Under the pieces are notes generated by a model. The model saw nothing but the letters and a program-made list of their open reading frames with translations. It searched no databases and was not told the origin of the DNA. The position numbers and the translations under genes are program-made. Shown here piece by piece: positions 51,525 to 61,581 of a stretch of DNA of 64,000 nucleotides (its first letter is position 1; every line of letters starts with the position of its first letter). This stretch comes from Gammaproteobacteria bacterium (GTDB lineage Bacteria; Pseudomonadota; Gammaproteobacteria; JBCCGL01), in the NCBI GenBank assembly GCA_965277715.1, contig OZ255836.1, forward strand, positions 1,984,001-2,048,000, written 5' to 3'.

Positions 51525-52289
51525 GTCTACTGACGCGGAATTACCCAATGCCAGGCGCTGCCGGGTGATTTCATAAAGGCATATCCCACAGGCCACCGAG
51601 ACATTAAAGCTGCCGACCTCACCACACATCGGAATCGAGACAATATGATCGCAGGCTTTGCGTGTCAGGCTGCGTATCCCTTTACCTTCTGAACCCATCA
51701 CCAATACACTGGGGGGTGTAAAATCCGCCTTGTCCAGCGCTACCCCGTCCTCCCCCGCCGTACCAAAAACCCATAAACCCGCCTGTTTTAAGGTTCCGAG
51801 CACCCGGACTAAATTGGTTACCCTGATAAACGGTATTCTCTCTGCCGCACCACTGGCCACTTTGCACACCACAGGGGTAATATCGCAGGCACGGTCTTTC
51901 GGGGCGATCACCATATCGACCCCCATCGCCTCGGCTGTACGTAAACAGGCTCCCAGATTATGTGGGTCCTGCACGCCATCCAGTGCCAGAATAAGCGGTG
52001 TCCCCCTACACGCTTTAAGGCGTTTCTCCAGGTCAGATTCCTGATAACGTGGGGAGTCAATAATTTTCAGCACCACGCCCTGATGGTTAGCGTTATCGCA
52101 CAACGCATCCAGTATGCTTTTTTTTGCCTGAACAGTGCGCAACCCAAAATCATTGGCATCCGCGCAAATTTCCTCAATTTTGGTGTTACGTTGACCCGCC
52201 AATACGATCAACTCAATCGCGTGCTCTGGCTTTTTATGCAGGGCTGCCTGTACAGCGTGAATACCAAATACACAATGTTGTTCAGCCAT
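51516..52289 (-). CDS. rlmB: 23S rRNA Gm2251 methyltransferase
   Basis: FGIHAV, HQGV, LDGVQDPHNLGACLR, MGSEGKG, S.NVSVA. Confidence 0.95.
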   Translation of the reverse strand: MAEQHCVFGIHAVQAALHKKPEHAIELIVLAGQRNTKIEEICADANDFGLRTVQAKKSILDALCDNANHQGVVLKIIDSPRYQESDLEKRLKACRGTPLILALDGVQDPHNLGACLRTAEAMGVDMVIAPKDRACDITPVVCKVASGAAERIPFIRVTNLVRVLGTLKQAGLWVFGTAGEDGVALDKADFTPPSVLVMGSEGKGIRSLTRKACDHIVSIPMCGEVGSFNVSVACGICLYEITRQRLALGNSASVDSG

Positions 52290-54522
52290 ATTGTTTCTTT
52301 CCCCTCGCTTTTTTCTTGTTACCCGGCGCCTTTGGGGCAATCGATGTTTCTGACGCCACCAGACCCAGGTCAATCTTGCGTTCATCCAATGTCACTTGCA
52401 ACACCTCGACGGTTATTTTATCACCCAATACAAACCGCCGACCGGCGCGCTCACCACTGAGCACCTGTGCGACGGCATCGTGCTGGTAGTAATCTTTGGG
52501 CAAGGTGGTGATATGTAGCAACCCTTCGATATAAATATCGTCGAGCTCAACAAATAAACCAAATGGCATCACGGCGGAAATAACCCCGGAAAAACTATCG
52601 CCGACGTGATCGAGCATGTATTCACATTTCAACCAGCTCACCACGTCACGGGTAGCCTCATCTGCCCGGCGTTCGGTCTGTGAGCAGTGCTGCCCAAACC
52701 GGCGCATGGTATTTTCACTGTAACTGTAATTTGATTTCCTGCCTTTGCGCAGCACATGGCGAATAGCGCGATGGACCAACAAATCCGGGTAGCGGCGAAT
52801 CGGCGAGGTAAAGTGTGCATAGTTTTCCAGTGCCAGGCCAAAGTGCCCATCGCATTGCGGCGTGTAAATCGCCTGGCTGAGTGTACGCAGTATCGATACC
52901 TGAATGACATTGCAGTCCACGCGTTTTCGCGCGCGCTGAGACAGTTTGGCAAAATCAACCGGGGCCGGTTGTGCCCCGCCGGTCAAACGCATACTGCGCT
53001 GACCGAGAAACGTGCGGAGTTCGTCGACTCTATCCACATCGGGCTCGGCGTGTACCCGGTATAAAGCGGGAATTGCATGGCGTTGCAGAAAACGCGCAGC
53101 GGCGACATTTGCCAAAATCATGCATTCTTCAATCAACTTGTGCGCATCGTTGCGCACGACGGGTTGTATTCGTTCAATTTTTTTGTCACCGCTGAACACA
53201 ATGCGCGTTTCCACTGTATCAAAGTCGATGGCGCCGCGCTTTTCACGGCTACGCCTGAGTGTTTGGTAGAGGCCGTGCAATGCTTCCAGGCGCGCCCTCA
53301 ATGCCTCTGTTTTATCATCCTGGCGTATTCCCTCTAGCATATCAGCCACTTGTGTATAGGTGAGCCTGGCGTGTGAGCGCATCACTGCTTCACGAAACCG
53401 CGAGCGGGTAATTTCACCGTCGCCATTGATCGACATATCGCAAACCATGCACAAGCGATCGACATCCGGGTTTAATGAACACAAACCGTTGGAGAGAATT
53501 TCAGGCAACATGGGCACCACCCGGCCAGGAAAATACACCGAGGTGCCGCGCTCTCGCGCCTCCCTGTCCAGTGCCGTATCGTCGATAACGTAGTGCGATA
53601 CATCGGCGATGGCGACAACCAGCCGCCAGCCTTTGGGTCTGCGTTCACAGTAAACGGCATCATCAAAATCTCTGGCATCCTCCCCGTCGATGGTGACCAG
53701 CGGCATATCGCGCAGATCCAGCCGGTCACGCTTGTCATCGGGCGAGACTTTATCGGTCAATGTCGCGATTTCCTGGTCGACATCGAGCGGGAAAAAAGCG
53801 GGGATACCGTGCGAGTAAATCGCGGTTTCGATTTCCATACCGGGCATCATGTGATCCCCCAATATGCGCGTTATACGCCCGACGGGCGGGCTTCGCCTAC
53901 CGGGTTGTTCCGTAATTTCCACCACCACAACCTGCCCTGGTGTGGCGTTATTTTCCTGGCCAGGTGAAACGATAATATCCTGGGTGATGCGCTTGTGGTC
54001 AGCGATGACAAACGCCACCCCACTCTCGCGAACAAAGCGTCCGACCAATGTGCTATTGGCACGCTCAATAACCTCGACAATCATCCCCTCCTTTTTGCCA
54101 CGCCGGGTTGCACCGATTTGCCGCACCACTACACGGTCACCGTGCAATACACTGCGCATTTCCCTGCCACTTAAATAAAAATCACCATTGCCTTCGTCTG
54201 GAATGAGAAACCCAAACCCGTCTGGGTGGGCGGAAACTGTGCCGGGGTGTAAGTTGGCCTTTTCAATCACCATATAGCCGTGCTTTCGGTTCTTCAGTAA
54301 CTGGCCATCACGCAACATGGCACCCAGGCGTGCGCGCAGCGCTTCATATTGCTCATCCCTGTGTAGTTTCAGGCGTTCACACAACCGTTCAAAGGTAGTG
54401 GGAACGCCATGGTTAGTAATAATTTGCAGAATATATTCACGGCTGGCGATAGGGTTTTTATAGCGCGAAGCTTCCCTTTTCGCATACGGATCGGTTTTGG
54501 TTAAACGTTTCGATGATGGCAT
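52282..54522 (-). CDS. rnr: ribonuclease R
   Basis: HPDGFGF, TIDGEDARDFDDA, HFTSPIRRYPDL, S1 domain and basic tail; start 54522. Confidence 0.96.
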   Translation of the reverse strand: MPSSKRLTKTDPYAKREASRYKNPIASREYILQIITNHGVPTTFERLCERLKLHRDEQYEALRARLGAMLRDGQLLKNRKHGYMVIEKANLHPGTVSAHPDGFGFLIPDEGNGDFYLSGREMRSVLHGDRVVVRQIGATRRGKKEGMIVEVIERANSTLVGRFVRESGVAFVIADHKRITQDIIVSPGQENNATPGQVVVVEITEQPGRRSPPVGRITRILGDHMMPGMEIETAIYSHGIPAFFPLDVDQEIATLTDKVSPDDKRDRLDLRDMPLVTIDGEDARDFDDAVYCERRPKGWRLVVAIADVSHYVIDDTALDREARERGTSVYFPGRVVPMLPEILSNGLCSLNPDVDRLCMVCDMSINGDGEITRSRFREAVMRSHARLTYTQVADMLEGIRQDDKTEALRARLEALHGLYQTLRRSREKRGAIDFDTVETRIVFSGDKKIERIQPVVRNDAHKLIEECMILANVAAARFLQRHAIPALYRVHAEPDVDRVDELRTFLGQRSMRLTGGAQPAPVDFAKLSQRARKRVDCNVIQVSILRTLSQAIYTPQCDGHFGLALENYAHFTSPIRRYPDLLVHRAIRHVLRKGRKSNYSYSENTMRRFGQHCSQTERRADEATRDVVSWLKCEYMLDHVGDSFSGVISAVMPFGLFVELDDIYIEGLLHITTLPKDYYQHDAVAQVLSGERAGRRFVLGDKITVEVLQVTLDERKIDLGLVASETSIAPKAPGNKKKARGKKQYG

Positions 54523-54547
54523 AGAGGTGATTAAAGTGATTTCCCAA

Positions 54548-54576
54548 TTGACAAGTATAGGCAGGATAGGTAAATT
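54548..54576 (+). promoter_or_regulatory. sigma70 promoter of tRNA-Leu(CAG)
   Basis: TTGACA-17 bp-TAAATT followed by GCGCGCC discriminator. Confidence 0.7.
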
Positions 54577-54606
54577 GCGCGCCTCAGTTTTTGACTGTTC
54601 CACACT

Positions 54607-54693
54607 GCCGAGGTGGCGGAATTGGTAGACGCGCTAGCTTCAGGTGCTAGTGGGGGTAACCCCGTGGAGGTTCAAGTCCTCTTCTCGGCACCA
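54607..54693 (+). tRNA. tRNA-Leu, anticodon CAG
   Basis: GCCGAGG...CTAGC-TTCAGGT-GCTAG...GTTCAAGTCC...CTCGGCACCA. Confidence 0.97.
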
Positions 54694-54896
54694 TCGATTA
54701 AATTCAAAAAATCCCTAACCCGCCACAATAAAAAACATCAGACACTCTTTAGACCGGAATATTGACGTCTTTTTGGGTGCTTATACACTACCAGCCCATC
54801 GCCAGGTTTTAACACCGGGTTACCGGGTATTTTTGAAAGCGCGAGTATACTACCTTCACTCACCTTAAAATGCACGGCAAAGGTATGAGGTAACAC

Positions 54897-55150
54897 ATGT
54901 ATCGACTGGCCACGAGGTAATAGCGTAATGATTTCCGATGTGCTGGGTTGCTATAGCGCTGCCGATACTGTGGACGCAGCCATTGAACAGGCCTATGAAG
55001 CTATTAACGGCCATTTGCAAATTCTGTTGAAGGTGGTGAACAGATGATCCACACGGTCACCAGCGTTGATCGCCCTATGCACAACAGCAACCACGCAGGA
55101 TACACATGGGCTTATGCCGGGATCGACCTTGCTCCTTATATGGGTAGATA
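54897..55150 (+). pseudogene. degenerate HicB-family antitoxin
   Basis: VMISDVLGCYSAADTVDAAIEQAYEAINGHLQIL, then a frameshift near 55027 into EGGE...TSVD...NHAGYTWAYAGIDLAPYMG; matches the HicB PDLPGC.S.GDT pattern. Confidence 0.7.
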
Positions 55151-55166
55151 CCATCTCCCTCCATCA

Positions 55167-55238
55167 AGAGCAACGCAGGAGCAGTTGCCGACGACTGTAA
55201 GGATACAGGAGATAGAGCAACGCAGGAGCAGTTGCCGA
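55167..55238 (+). repeat. two identical 25-bp direct repeats, each an AGGA-loop hairpin
   Basis: agagcaacgcaggagcagttgccga at 55167-55191 and 55214-55238. Confidence 0.85.
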
Positions 55239-55256
55239 GGAGCGGTAGCTTCGCTC

Positions 55257-55655
55257 TTATTTAACGACCCTGAGAGAAGCGCGCTTGGGTTTAGGCTTGG
55301 CAGGCTTATCGTCCACGGCATCATCAGGCGGCGGAATATTATTGTTATCATCATCGGCAAACACCATCCCCTGACCATTTTCCTTGGCATAAATCGCCAT
55401 CACCCCCATCGTTGGCACAAACACCTCCATCGCCTTGCCACTGAAACGTGCACTAAAACTAATATAATCATCCAATAAGCTAACATTACGTGCCGCCGAT
55501 GGACTGATGTTTAGAATAATACGTCCATTTTCGACAAAGGACTCAGGCACCACAGCCCCCGGAAAGGACGCATTAACCAATAAATACGGTGTTTTGTCGT
55601 TGTCTACAATCCACTCATAAATTGCACGAATCAGATAGGGTCGGCTGGATGTCAT
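55257..55655 (-). CDS. sspB: ClpXP adaptor SspB
   Basis: RPYLIRAIYEWIVDN..TPY, ARFSG, IYAKENGQG, C-terminal LRVVK. Confidence 0.95.
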   Translation of the reverse strand: MTSSRPYLIRAIYEWIVDNDKTPYLLVNASFPGAVVPESFVENGRIILNISPSAARNVSLLDDYISFSARFSGKAMEVFVPTMGVMAIYAKENGQGMVFADDDNNNIPPPDDAVDDKPAKPKPKRASLRVVK

Positions 55656-55689
55656 TATTGCGCAGTAATTGATTACAGTAACAAATGGC

Positions 55690-56313
55690 CTAGCGCATCT
55701 CGCGCTCTTCTTCAGTCAGGCTTTGCTGAAACCCTTCGCGTGCAAAAATCCTGTCGGCGTACTTTTTAATAGCGGCGGCCTCCTTGGGTAACTCGATTTC
55801 ATATTCGGTCAAACGCCACAGCACCGGGGCAATCGTGGCATCAATCATGGTAAATTCGCTACTGAGAAAAAACGGCTCGGCGGCAAATACTTCTGCTGAA
55901 GCAATTAAACTCTCCTGCAAACGCGCACGCGCACGCTCCTTCTTTTTCTTATCCCCCCCTTCCAGCGCGGGCAACAGGCTATACCAATCATTCTCAACCC
56001 GGTACAAAGCCAGCCGCGAACGCGCACGTGAGACGGGGTCAACCGGCATCAGTGGCGGGTGCGGAAACCGTTCATCCAGATACTCGGCGATAACACGCGA
56101 GTCATAAAGCACCAGATCACGATCAATCAATGTCGGCACCGAGCTATATGGGTTGATATACAGCAAATCCTCCGGCAGGTTATTCGGTTCAATATTCTCG
56201 ATTTCCACAGTGATATCTTTTTCGCACATCACCACACGCACACGGTGGCAAAACGGGCACGAGGGATCGGAAAATAACGTCATAACCGAGCGGCGGTTAG
56301 CGATTGGTGTCAC
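55690..56313 (-). CDS. sspA: stringent starvation protein A
   Basis: ANRRSVMTLFS, NPY.SVPTL.DRDL.LY, EYLDERFPHPPLMP; GTG start at 56313 inferred. Confidence 0.95.
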   Translation of the reverse strand: MTPIANRRSVMTLFSDPSCPFCHRVRVVMCEKDITVEIENIEPNNLPEDLLYINPYSSVPTLIDRDLVLYDSRVIAEYLDERFPHPPLMPVDPVSRARSRLALYRVENDWYSLLPALEGGDKKKKERARARLQESLIASAEVFAAEPFFLSSEFTMIDATIAPVLWRLTEYEIELPKEAAAIKKYADRIFAREGFQQSLTEEEREMR

Positions 56314-56480
56314 TGTATTTACCCCATAACTGGAAAGTGTCATGTCAGTCTGCTGGCGATAGTTTGCATCAAAAGATACCACCCTCTTTAAGCCTAACAA
56401 TCAATTGAATCTTATGCATTCTCGCTACGATTCAACTGATTATCAGGTTAAACTTAATAATCAGTTGTATGTATCAGATA

Positions 56481-57251
56481 TTAATGGATGTCTTTCCAAT
56501 ATTCCCTTTTCAGGAAATACGCAAAAACAAAGAAAATCAGTAGAAAGCCAAGTACCCAGGCACCTATCCTATGGCGTTCGGATTTAATTGGATCGCCCAG
56601 ATAATCGAGGAAATTAACCAGGTCGCGCACCAGAGAATCGTATTCATCCGCTGTTAACTGGCCTTCACTGACTTGCTTGAACTCGACAAACTGTTGCTTC
56701 TCCTGACCACTTTCTGTCACCGTTTTAAATACGGCTTCACGCCAACCCTGTAGTTCCCAAAGCACATGCGGCATAGCCACATCGGGAAATACCAGGTTGT
56801 TAACCCCAACACCACCGCGCTCTGGTTGTTGGTAGAACGTGCGCATATAGGTATAAAGCCAGTCGGCACTGCGCGAGCGGGATATCAACGCCAGGTTGGG
56901 GGGTGGCGCGCCAAACACACGCTTGGCGTAATCTTCACCCATGTTGTTTTCCATCAGGGCACCGACTTTAGTGGCTTCGCCCTTTGCATCGGTGGTAAAT
57001 ATAAGATTGTCCGCCACTAGTTTGTCGGTCAGGCCAAGGTCGGTCGCCAGTCGGCTATAACGGTGATACGAAGCGCTATGGCAACCCATACAATAGTTGA
57101 CAAAGGTCTTGGCGCCACGCTGTAGGGAGGCTTTGTCACTGTGATCGATAGTGACATGATCCAGTGGAAATCCGCTCCCTGCGCTCTGCACCGCAAACGG
57201 TGCTGCGTAAAGTCCCAGGGCGATAAAAGCAATGTTAATAAGATTATTCAT
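56481..57251 (-). CDS. petC: cytochrome c1
   Basis: SLQRGA, CMGCH heme site, PPNL, MPHVL, C-terminal TM and EYWKDIH. Confidence 0.95.
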   Translation of the reverse strand: MNNLINIAFIALGLYAAPFAVQSAGSGFPLDHVTIDHSDKASLQRGAKTFVNYCMGCHSASYHRYSRLATDLGLTDKLVADNLIFTTDAKGEATKVGALMENNMGEDYAKRVFGAPPPNLALISRSRSADWLYTYMRTFYQQPERGGVGVNNLVFPDVAMPHVLWELQGWREAVFKTVTESGQEKQQFVEFKQVSEGQLTADEYDSLVRDLVNFLDYLGDPIKSERHRIGAWVLGFLLIFFVFAYFLKREYWKDIH

Positions 57252-58477
57252 CAGTGAGTCACCCTTTGCGGAACAGGCTTAGTATTCTCATTTTTGCTAA
57301 TGATGTACAAGACCAAAAAGTAACCAAAGTAAATCACCGTACACACACGTGATATTAGTGTACCGATATCACTGGGCGGTTTTAAACCAAAGTAACCCAG
57401 TATCACAAACGACACTACAAATAACCCAAGACAGGTTTTAAACCCACTGGAGCGGTAGCGAATGGATTTGACTTTATTGCGATCAATCCACGGCAGGAAA
57501 AACAATACGATGATCGCAGCAAACATCACAATGACACCGGGCAGTGCCGAATCAAACAAAGGGGGAGTTGCCCGCAACATCGCATAGAACGGCGTGAAGT
57601 ACCAAACCGGCGCGATATGTTCCGGGGTTTTCAGTGGGTCGGCGGGCACGAAGTTAGCGTGCTCCAAAAAGTAACCGCCCATCTCCGGTGCAAAGAAAAC
57701 AATGGCGAAAAAGACAATCAGAAACCCGGCGACACCGACCAGGTCTTTTACCGAGTAATAAGGGTGAAATGGAATACCGTCACGGGGAATGCCGTTTTCA
57801 TCCTTAATGGCTTTGATATCCACACCATCGGGATTGTTTGAACCGACCTCATGCAAGGCGATAATGTGCGCCACCACCAGGCCAATCAGTACCAGTGGCA
57901 TGGCGATAACGTGCAGTGCGAAGAAGCGGTTTAATGTGGCATCGGAGACAATGTAATCGCCGCGCAACCACAGGGTCAAGGCATCGCCAATGCCAAATGG
58001 AAACCAGCCAAACAGCGAGATAATCACCTGTGCGCCCCAGTAGGACATTTGCCCCCAAGGCAACAGATACCCCATAAATGCCTCTGCCATCAGGCACAGA
58101 TAGATCAACATGCCGAAAATCCAGATTAATTCGCGTGGTTTCTTATACGAACCATACATTAACCCACGGAACATATGCAGATAGACCACCACGAAAAATG
58201 CCGATGCACCCGTCGAATGCATGTAGCGAATCAGCCACCCCCAATCGACATCACGCATAATGTATTCGACCGAGATAAACGCCAGCTCGCCAGACGGCTT
58301 ATATTGCATTGTCAGGAAAATACCGGTGACAATCTGAATCACCAGCACCAACAGGGCCAGTGAGCCAAAGTAATACCAAAAGTTAAAATTCTTTGGTGCG
58401 TAGTATTTGGATAAATGCTCCTCATACATCTTAGTGAGGGGGAAGCGCGCATCAATCCAACCCATTAGGTTACTCAT
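57251..58477 (-). CDS. petB: cytochrome b
   Basis: NFWYYFGS, RYMHSTGAS, LPWGQMS.WGA, RFFALH, PVWYF. Confidence 0.97.
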   Translation of the reverse strand: MSNLMGWIDARFPLTKMYEEHLSKYYAPKNFNFWYYFGSLALLVLVIQIVTGIFLTMQYKPSGELAFISVEYIMRDVDWGWLIRYMHSTGASAFFVVVYLHMFRGLMYGSYKKPRELIWIFGMLIYLCLMAEAFMGYLLPWGQMSYWGAQVIISLFGWFPFGIGDALTLWLRGDYIVSDATLNRFFALHVIAMPLVLIGLVVAHIIALHEVGSNNPDGVDIKAIKDENGIPRDGIPFHPYYSVKDLVGVAGFLIVFFAIVFFAPEMGGYFLEHANFVPADPLKTPEHIAPVWYFTPFYAMLRATPPLFDSALPGVIVMFAAIIVLFFLPWIDRNKVKSIRYRSSGFKTCLGLFVVSFVILGYFGLKPPSDIGTLISRVCTVIYFGYFLVLYIISKNENTKPVPQRVTH

Positions 58478-59103
58478 TAGGCGGCCCCCTCTTCATCGAC
58501 ACCAATCAATATTGTGTTTTCAGATAAATAGCTGTGCGGTGGCACCACCATATTAGTCGGCGCGGGAACACCCGAGAAAACACGACCGGCAATATCAAAT
58601 TTAGACCCGTGACACGGGCAGAAAAAACCGCCCTTCCAATCGGCACCGAGATCGGCGACCGCCATTTCCGGGCGGTATTTGGGTGCACAGCCCAAGTGCG
58701 TGCATATCCCCACCATCACCAAAATTTCCGGTTTCAGCGAGCGGGTTTCGTTACGTGCGTATTCAGGTTGTTGGTTATTTTTTGATTCGGGGTCACTCAG
58801 CTCACTGCTGACGATGGGCAGGGTGTCCAGCAATTCCGCTGTGCGGCGAATAATCCACACCGGCTTACCCCGCCATTCATACGTGACTATCTGGCCGGGG
58901 CCAAGTTTGCTGATATCGGCCTCAACCGGCGCCCCAGCCGCTTTGGCTTTGGCGCTGGGTGACATCGAAGCGAGGAACGGTACAGCCAGCGCCGCAGCGC
59001 CCGCAGCGCCTACCACCGTTGTCGACATCGTCAGAAAACGGCGCCTTGGCCTGTCTACGTTATCGACAGCCGAATCTTCGGCAGCAACACCTTTTGTTGA
59101 CAT
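58477..59103 (-). CDS. petA: Rieske iron-sulfur subunit
   Basis: Tat RRRFL, CTHLGC, CPCHGS. Confidence 0.96.
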   Translation of the reverse strand: MSTKGVAAEDSAVDNVDRPRRRFLTMSTTVVGAAGAAALAVPFLASMSPSAKAKAAGAPVEADISKLGPGQIVTYEWRGKPVWIIRRTAELLDTLPIVSSELSDPESKNNQQPEYARNETRSLKPEILVMVGICTHLGCAPKYRPEMAVADLGADWKGGFFCPCHGSKFDIAGRVFSGVPAPTNMVVPPHSYLSENTILIGVDEEGAA

Positions 59104-59357
59104 GGATGCTCTCCAAAATAAAACAATTCGAGTTGTGTCGGTTGCGTTTACTGTCAAAACACTGACTGGTGGGATGCAAAAAACCGCACCGCAGTGACCC
59201 GCCGACATAAAGCCGCGAATCTTACCACAGAAATTATAGCGTGATGCACAGGAACTGCTGGAATTTCACTTACTTGATAAACACTACCGCGATCCAGCGA
59301 TCGATATTTCCCACATTATGCGGTGTTGGAAAACGACTACGCTTTCCAACGTCCTCA

Positions 59358-60131
59358 TTACGCCGGATTGGGGATATCGACGAATGTGGTTTGCAGAGAA
59401 AACCGTTCACCCAAGTGGTTGGCCAGTGCCTGAGCGCCAAAACGTTCAGTAGCATGGTGCCCCGCCGCGTAGAAATGGATTCCCCGCTCGCGGGCAATAT
59501 GTACTGTTTGCTCTGAAACCTCGCCGGTAATATACGCATCGGCACCGCTATCTGCGGCGGCACTGATAAACTGCTGAGCGCCCCCTGTACACCAGGCGAC
59601 ACGATGGATATTGCCAGCTCCACCGGCACCTGATCCACCGGCAATATACAACGGTTCACGCATCAGCTCATCCGTCAGGCGTTGCTGCAATGCACTGGCA
59701 GAGACCGCCTCATCCAGCTCTGCGTGCCAAAGCAAGCCCGCCTCGGCAAAACCCTCGACAGGCTGAGCTGACGCAAACCCCAGGGCATGGCCGAGACCGG
59801 CATTATTGCCATAAATGGCGTGCGCATCGAGTGGCAGGTGATACGCGATAAGGTTAATGTTGTGTTGCAGTAACAAGCCGAGCCGTGTGCGTTTCATCCC
59901 GCGCACAACGGGATCCTCTCCACGCCAGAAATAACCGTGGTGCACCAGCAGTGTATCGGCACCGCGTGCAATCGCCGCTTCGATCAGTGCCTGGTTGGCA
60001 GTAACGCCAGCGACAATGCATTCGATCTTATCGGCCCCCTCGACCTGCAAACCATTAGGACAATAATCCTTAAATGAATTAACACTCAGTAATCCACTGC
60101 AATAGTCCAACAATTCATCTCGCGCTATCAT
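59358..60131 (-). CDS. Nif3-like dinuclear metal centre protein (YbgI)
   Basis: DYCPNGLQVEG, VHHG, YHLPLDAH, GHHATE. Confidence 0.93.
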   Translation of the reverse strand: MIARDELLDYCSGLLSVNSFKDYCPNGLQVEGADKIECIVAGVTANQALIEAAIARGADTLLVHHGYFWRGEDPVVRGMKRTRLGLLLQHNINLIAYHLPLDAHAIYGNNAGLGHALGFASAQPVEGFAEAGLLWHAELDEAVSASALQQRLTDELMREPLYIAGGSGAGGAGNIHRVAWCTGGAQQFISAAADSGADAYITGEVSEQTVHIARERGIHFYAAGHHATERFGAQALANHLGERFSLQTTFVDIPNPA

Positions 60132-60215
60132 TTCACTGTGTTACTCTTGCATTTGTTAAATTTTGTTGGATCATCGGTAACGCCCCCTAACCCGCCAGTC
60201 GTTTTTCAGGGAACC

Positions 60216-61373
60216 ATGCCCCGTCTGAATAAAAATAATCTGCTGTTTGTCAGTCAGTCAATCATCATCGGCCTGCTACTGGCATTTTTGCTGCACTATT
60301 TTTACCTGCAACCGCAGCAACATCATAGCAGCCGGTTACCTACACCGCTTCAGTCAGGCAGCAACGCGACCACTACCGACCACAAACAACCGTTTTCCTA
60401 CCGCGATGCAGTAGTGCGCGCAGCGCCATCCGTGGTCAATATTTTTACGGCAACCCGCTTCACGCTGGAGAGCGAACAAATCTCCCCGTCATTTGACAAG
60501 CTATTTAGCGGCAGCGGTACAAACAACAATGCCGATAGCCGTGTGGAAACCAGTGTCGGTTCAGGCGTTATCGTCAGTCCTGAAGGTTATATCCTCACCA
60601 ACAACCATGTTATCGACAACGCCAGTGAAATCCAGGTAATTCTGGCTGACGGCGGCAGTTATCTGGCAAAGCTAATCGGCAGCGACAGCGAAACCGACCT
60701 TGCAGTGCTGCAAATCCAGGCCAGCAAGCCCTTACCTTCAATCGATCTGGCCAATAGCACCAGTGTCGACGTGGGTGATGTCGTGCTGGCAATAGGCAAT
60801 CCGTTTGGGGTTGGTCAAACGGTCACGCAGGGCATCGTCAGTGCCACCAGCCGCAATCGTCTGGGCCTTAACACCTTTGAAGAATTTATCCAGACAGACG
60901 CGGCCATCAACCCAGGCAACTCCGGTGGCGCACTGATTAACCCGCGTGGTGAATTGCTCGGTATCAATACCGCCATCTTCACCAACAGCGAGGGCGCGCA
61001 AGGCATCAGCTTTGCCATTCCCACCAGTCTTGCCGCTAACGTTATGCGGCAAATCCTTGAACACGGAAAGGTCATCCGTGGCTGGCTCGGTGTACAGGCA
61101 TACGATATAAACAGTGACATGCGGCAGCGGTTCAATTTCATTGGACCTGGTGTGTTGGTAACCGGCGTATTTCACGACAGTCCCGCAGAAATAGCGGGAA
61201 TAATGGCGGGCGATATTCTCACCCATATTGAAGACGAACCGTTGGCAGATACACAAATACTCTTAAACGCCACCAAAAACCGACCACCGGAAACCCGGGT
61301 AGAGGTGACCGGGTTGCGCAATGGGCGTGCGTATACGTTAATGGCGACACTTATTCAACGACCGACGCGTTGA
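60216..61373 (+). CDS. degS: HtrA-family serine protease with a single PDZ domain (DegS/AlgW-like)
   Basis: N-terminal TM, TNNHV, DLAVL, GNSGG, one PDZ domain; divergent from nif3. Confidence 0.85.
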   Translation: MPRLNKNNLLFVSQSIIIGLLLAFLLHYFYLQPQQHHSSRLPTPLQSGSNATTTDHKQPFSYRDAVVRAAPSVVNIFTATRFTLESEQISPSFDKLFSGSGTNNNADSRVETSVGSGVIVSPEGYILTNNHVIDNASEIQVILADGGSYLAKLIGSDSETDLAVLQIQASKPLPSIDLANSTSVDVGDVVLAIGNPFGVGQTVTQGIVSATSRNRLGLNTFEEFIQTDAAINPGNSGGALINPRGELLGINTAIFTNSEGAQGISFAIPTSLAANVMRQILEHGKVIRGWLGVQAYDINSDMRQRFNFIGPGVLVTGVFHDSPAEIAGIMAGDILTHIEDEPLADTQILLNATKNRPPETRVEVTGLRNGRAYTLMATLIQRPTR

Positions 61374-61400
61374 ACCTAAATTCCGCAATTGATGGGCTCA

Positions 61401-61499
61401 GTTAACCCACAAGCGTGCCAGAGCAAGGCGTTTTTGCGCAATCATAGTGGTGCTATGGTGAGTAAAAACAACGCAGTTCTGGTACGCTTGTGGGCTAAC
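61401..61499. repeat. ERIC/IRU-like long intergenic hairpin element
   Basis: gttaacccacaagcgtgccagagc...gttctggtacgcttgtgggctaac arms with an AAGGCG/CAACGCA internal loop and a catag/ctatg apical stem. Confidence 0.65.
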
Positions 61500-61581
61500 C
61501 CCTTCGTGTAACATTAATTTATTGGCGTTGCGCTGAAACCTTCAATATAAGGTAGACGGTGTACCAGATGGCTTTTTAAAA

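Noticed and set aside
54790-54890. hicA toxin remnant
   Set aside because: Only a faint HRQ..H-like resemblance requiring several frameshifts; not supportable
55167-55238. Direct repeats with a 22-bp spacer as a CRISPR array
   Set aside because: Only two units, a short spacer, no leader and no cas genes
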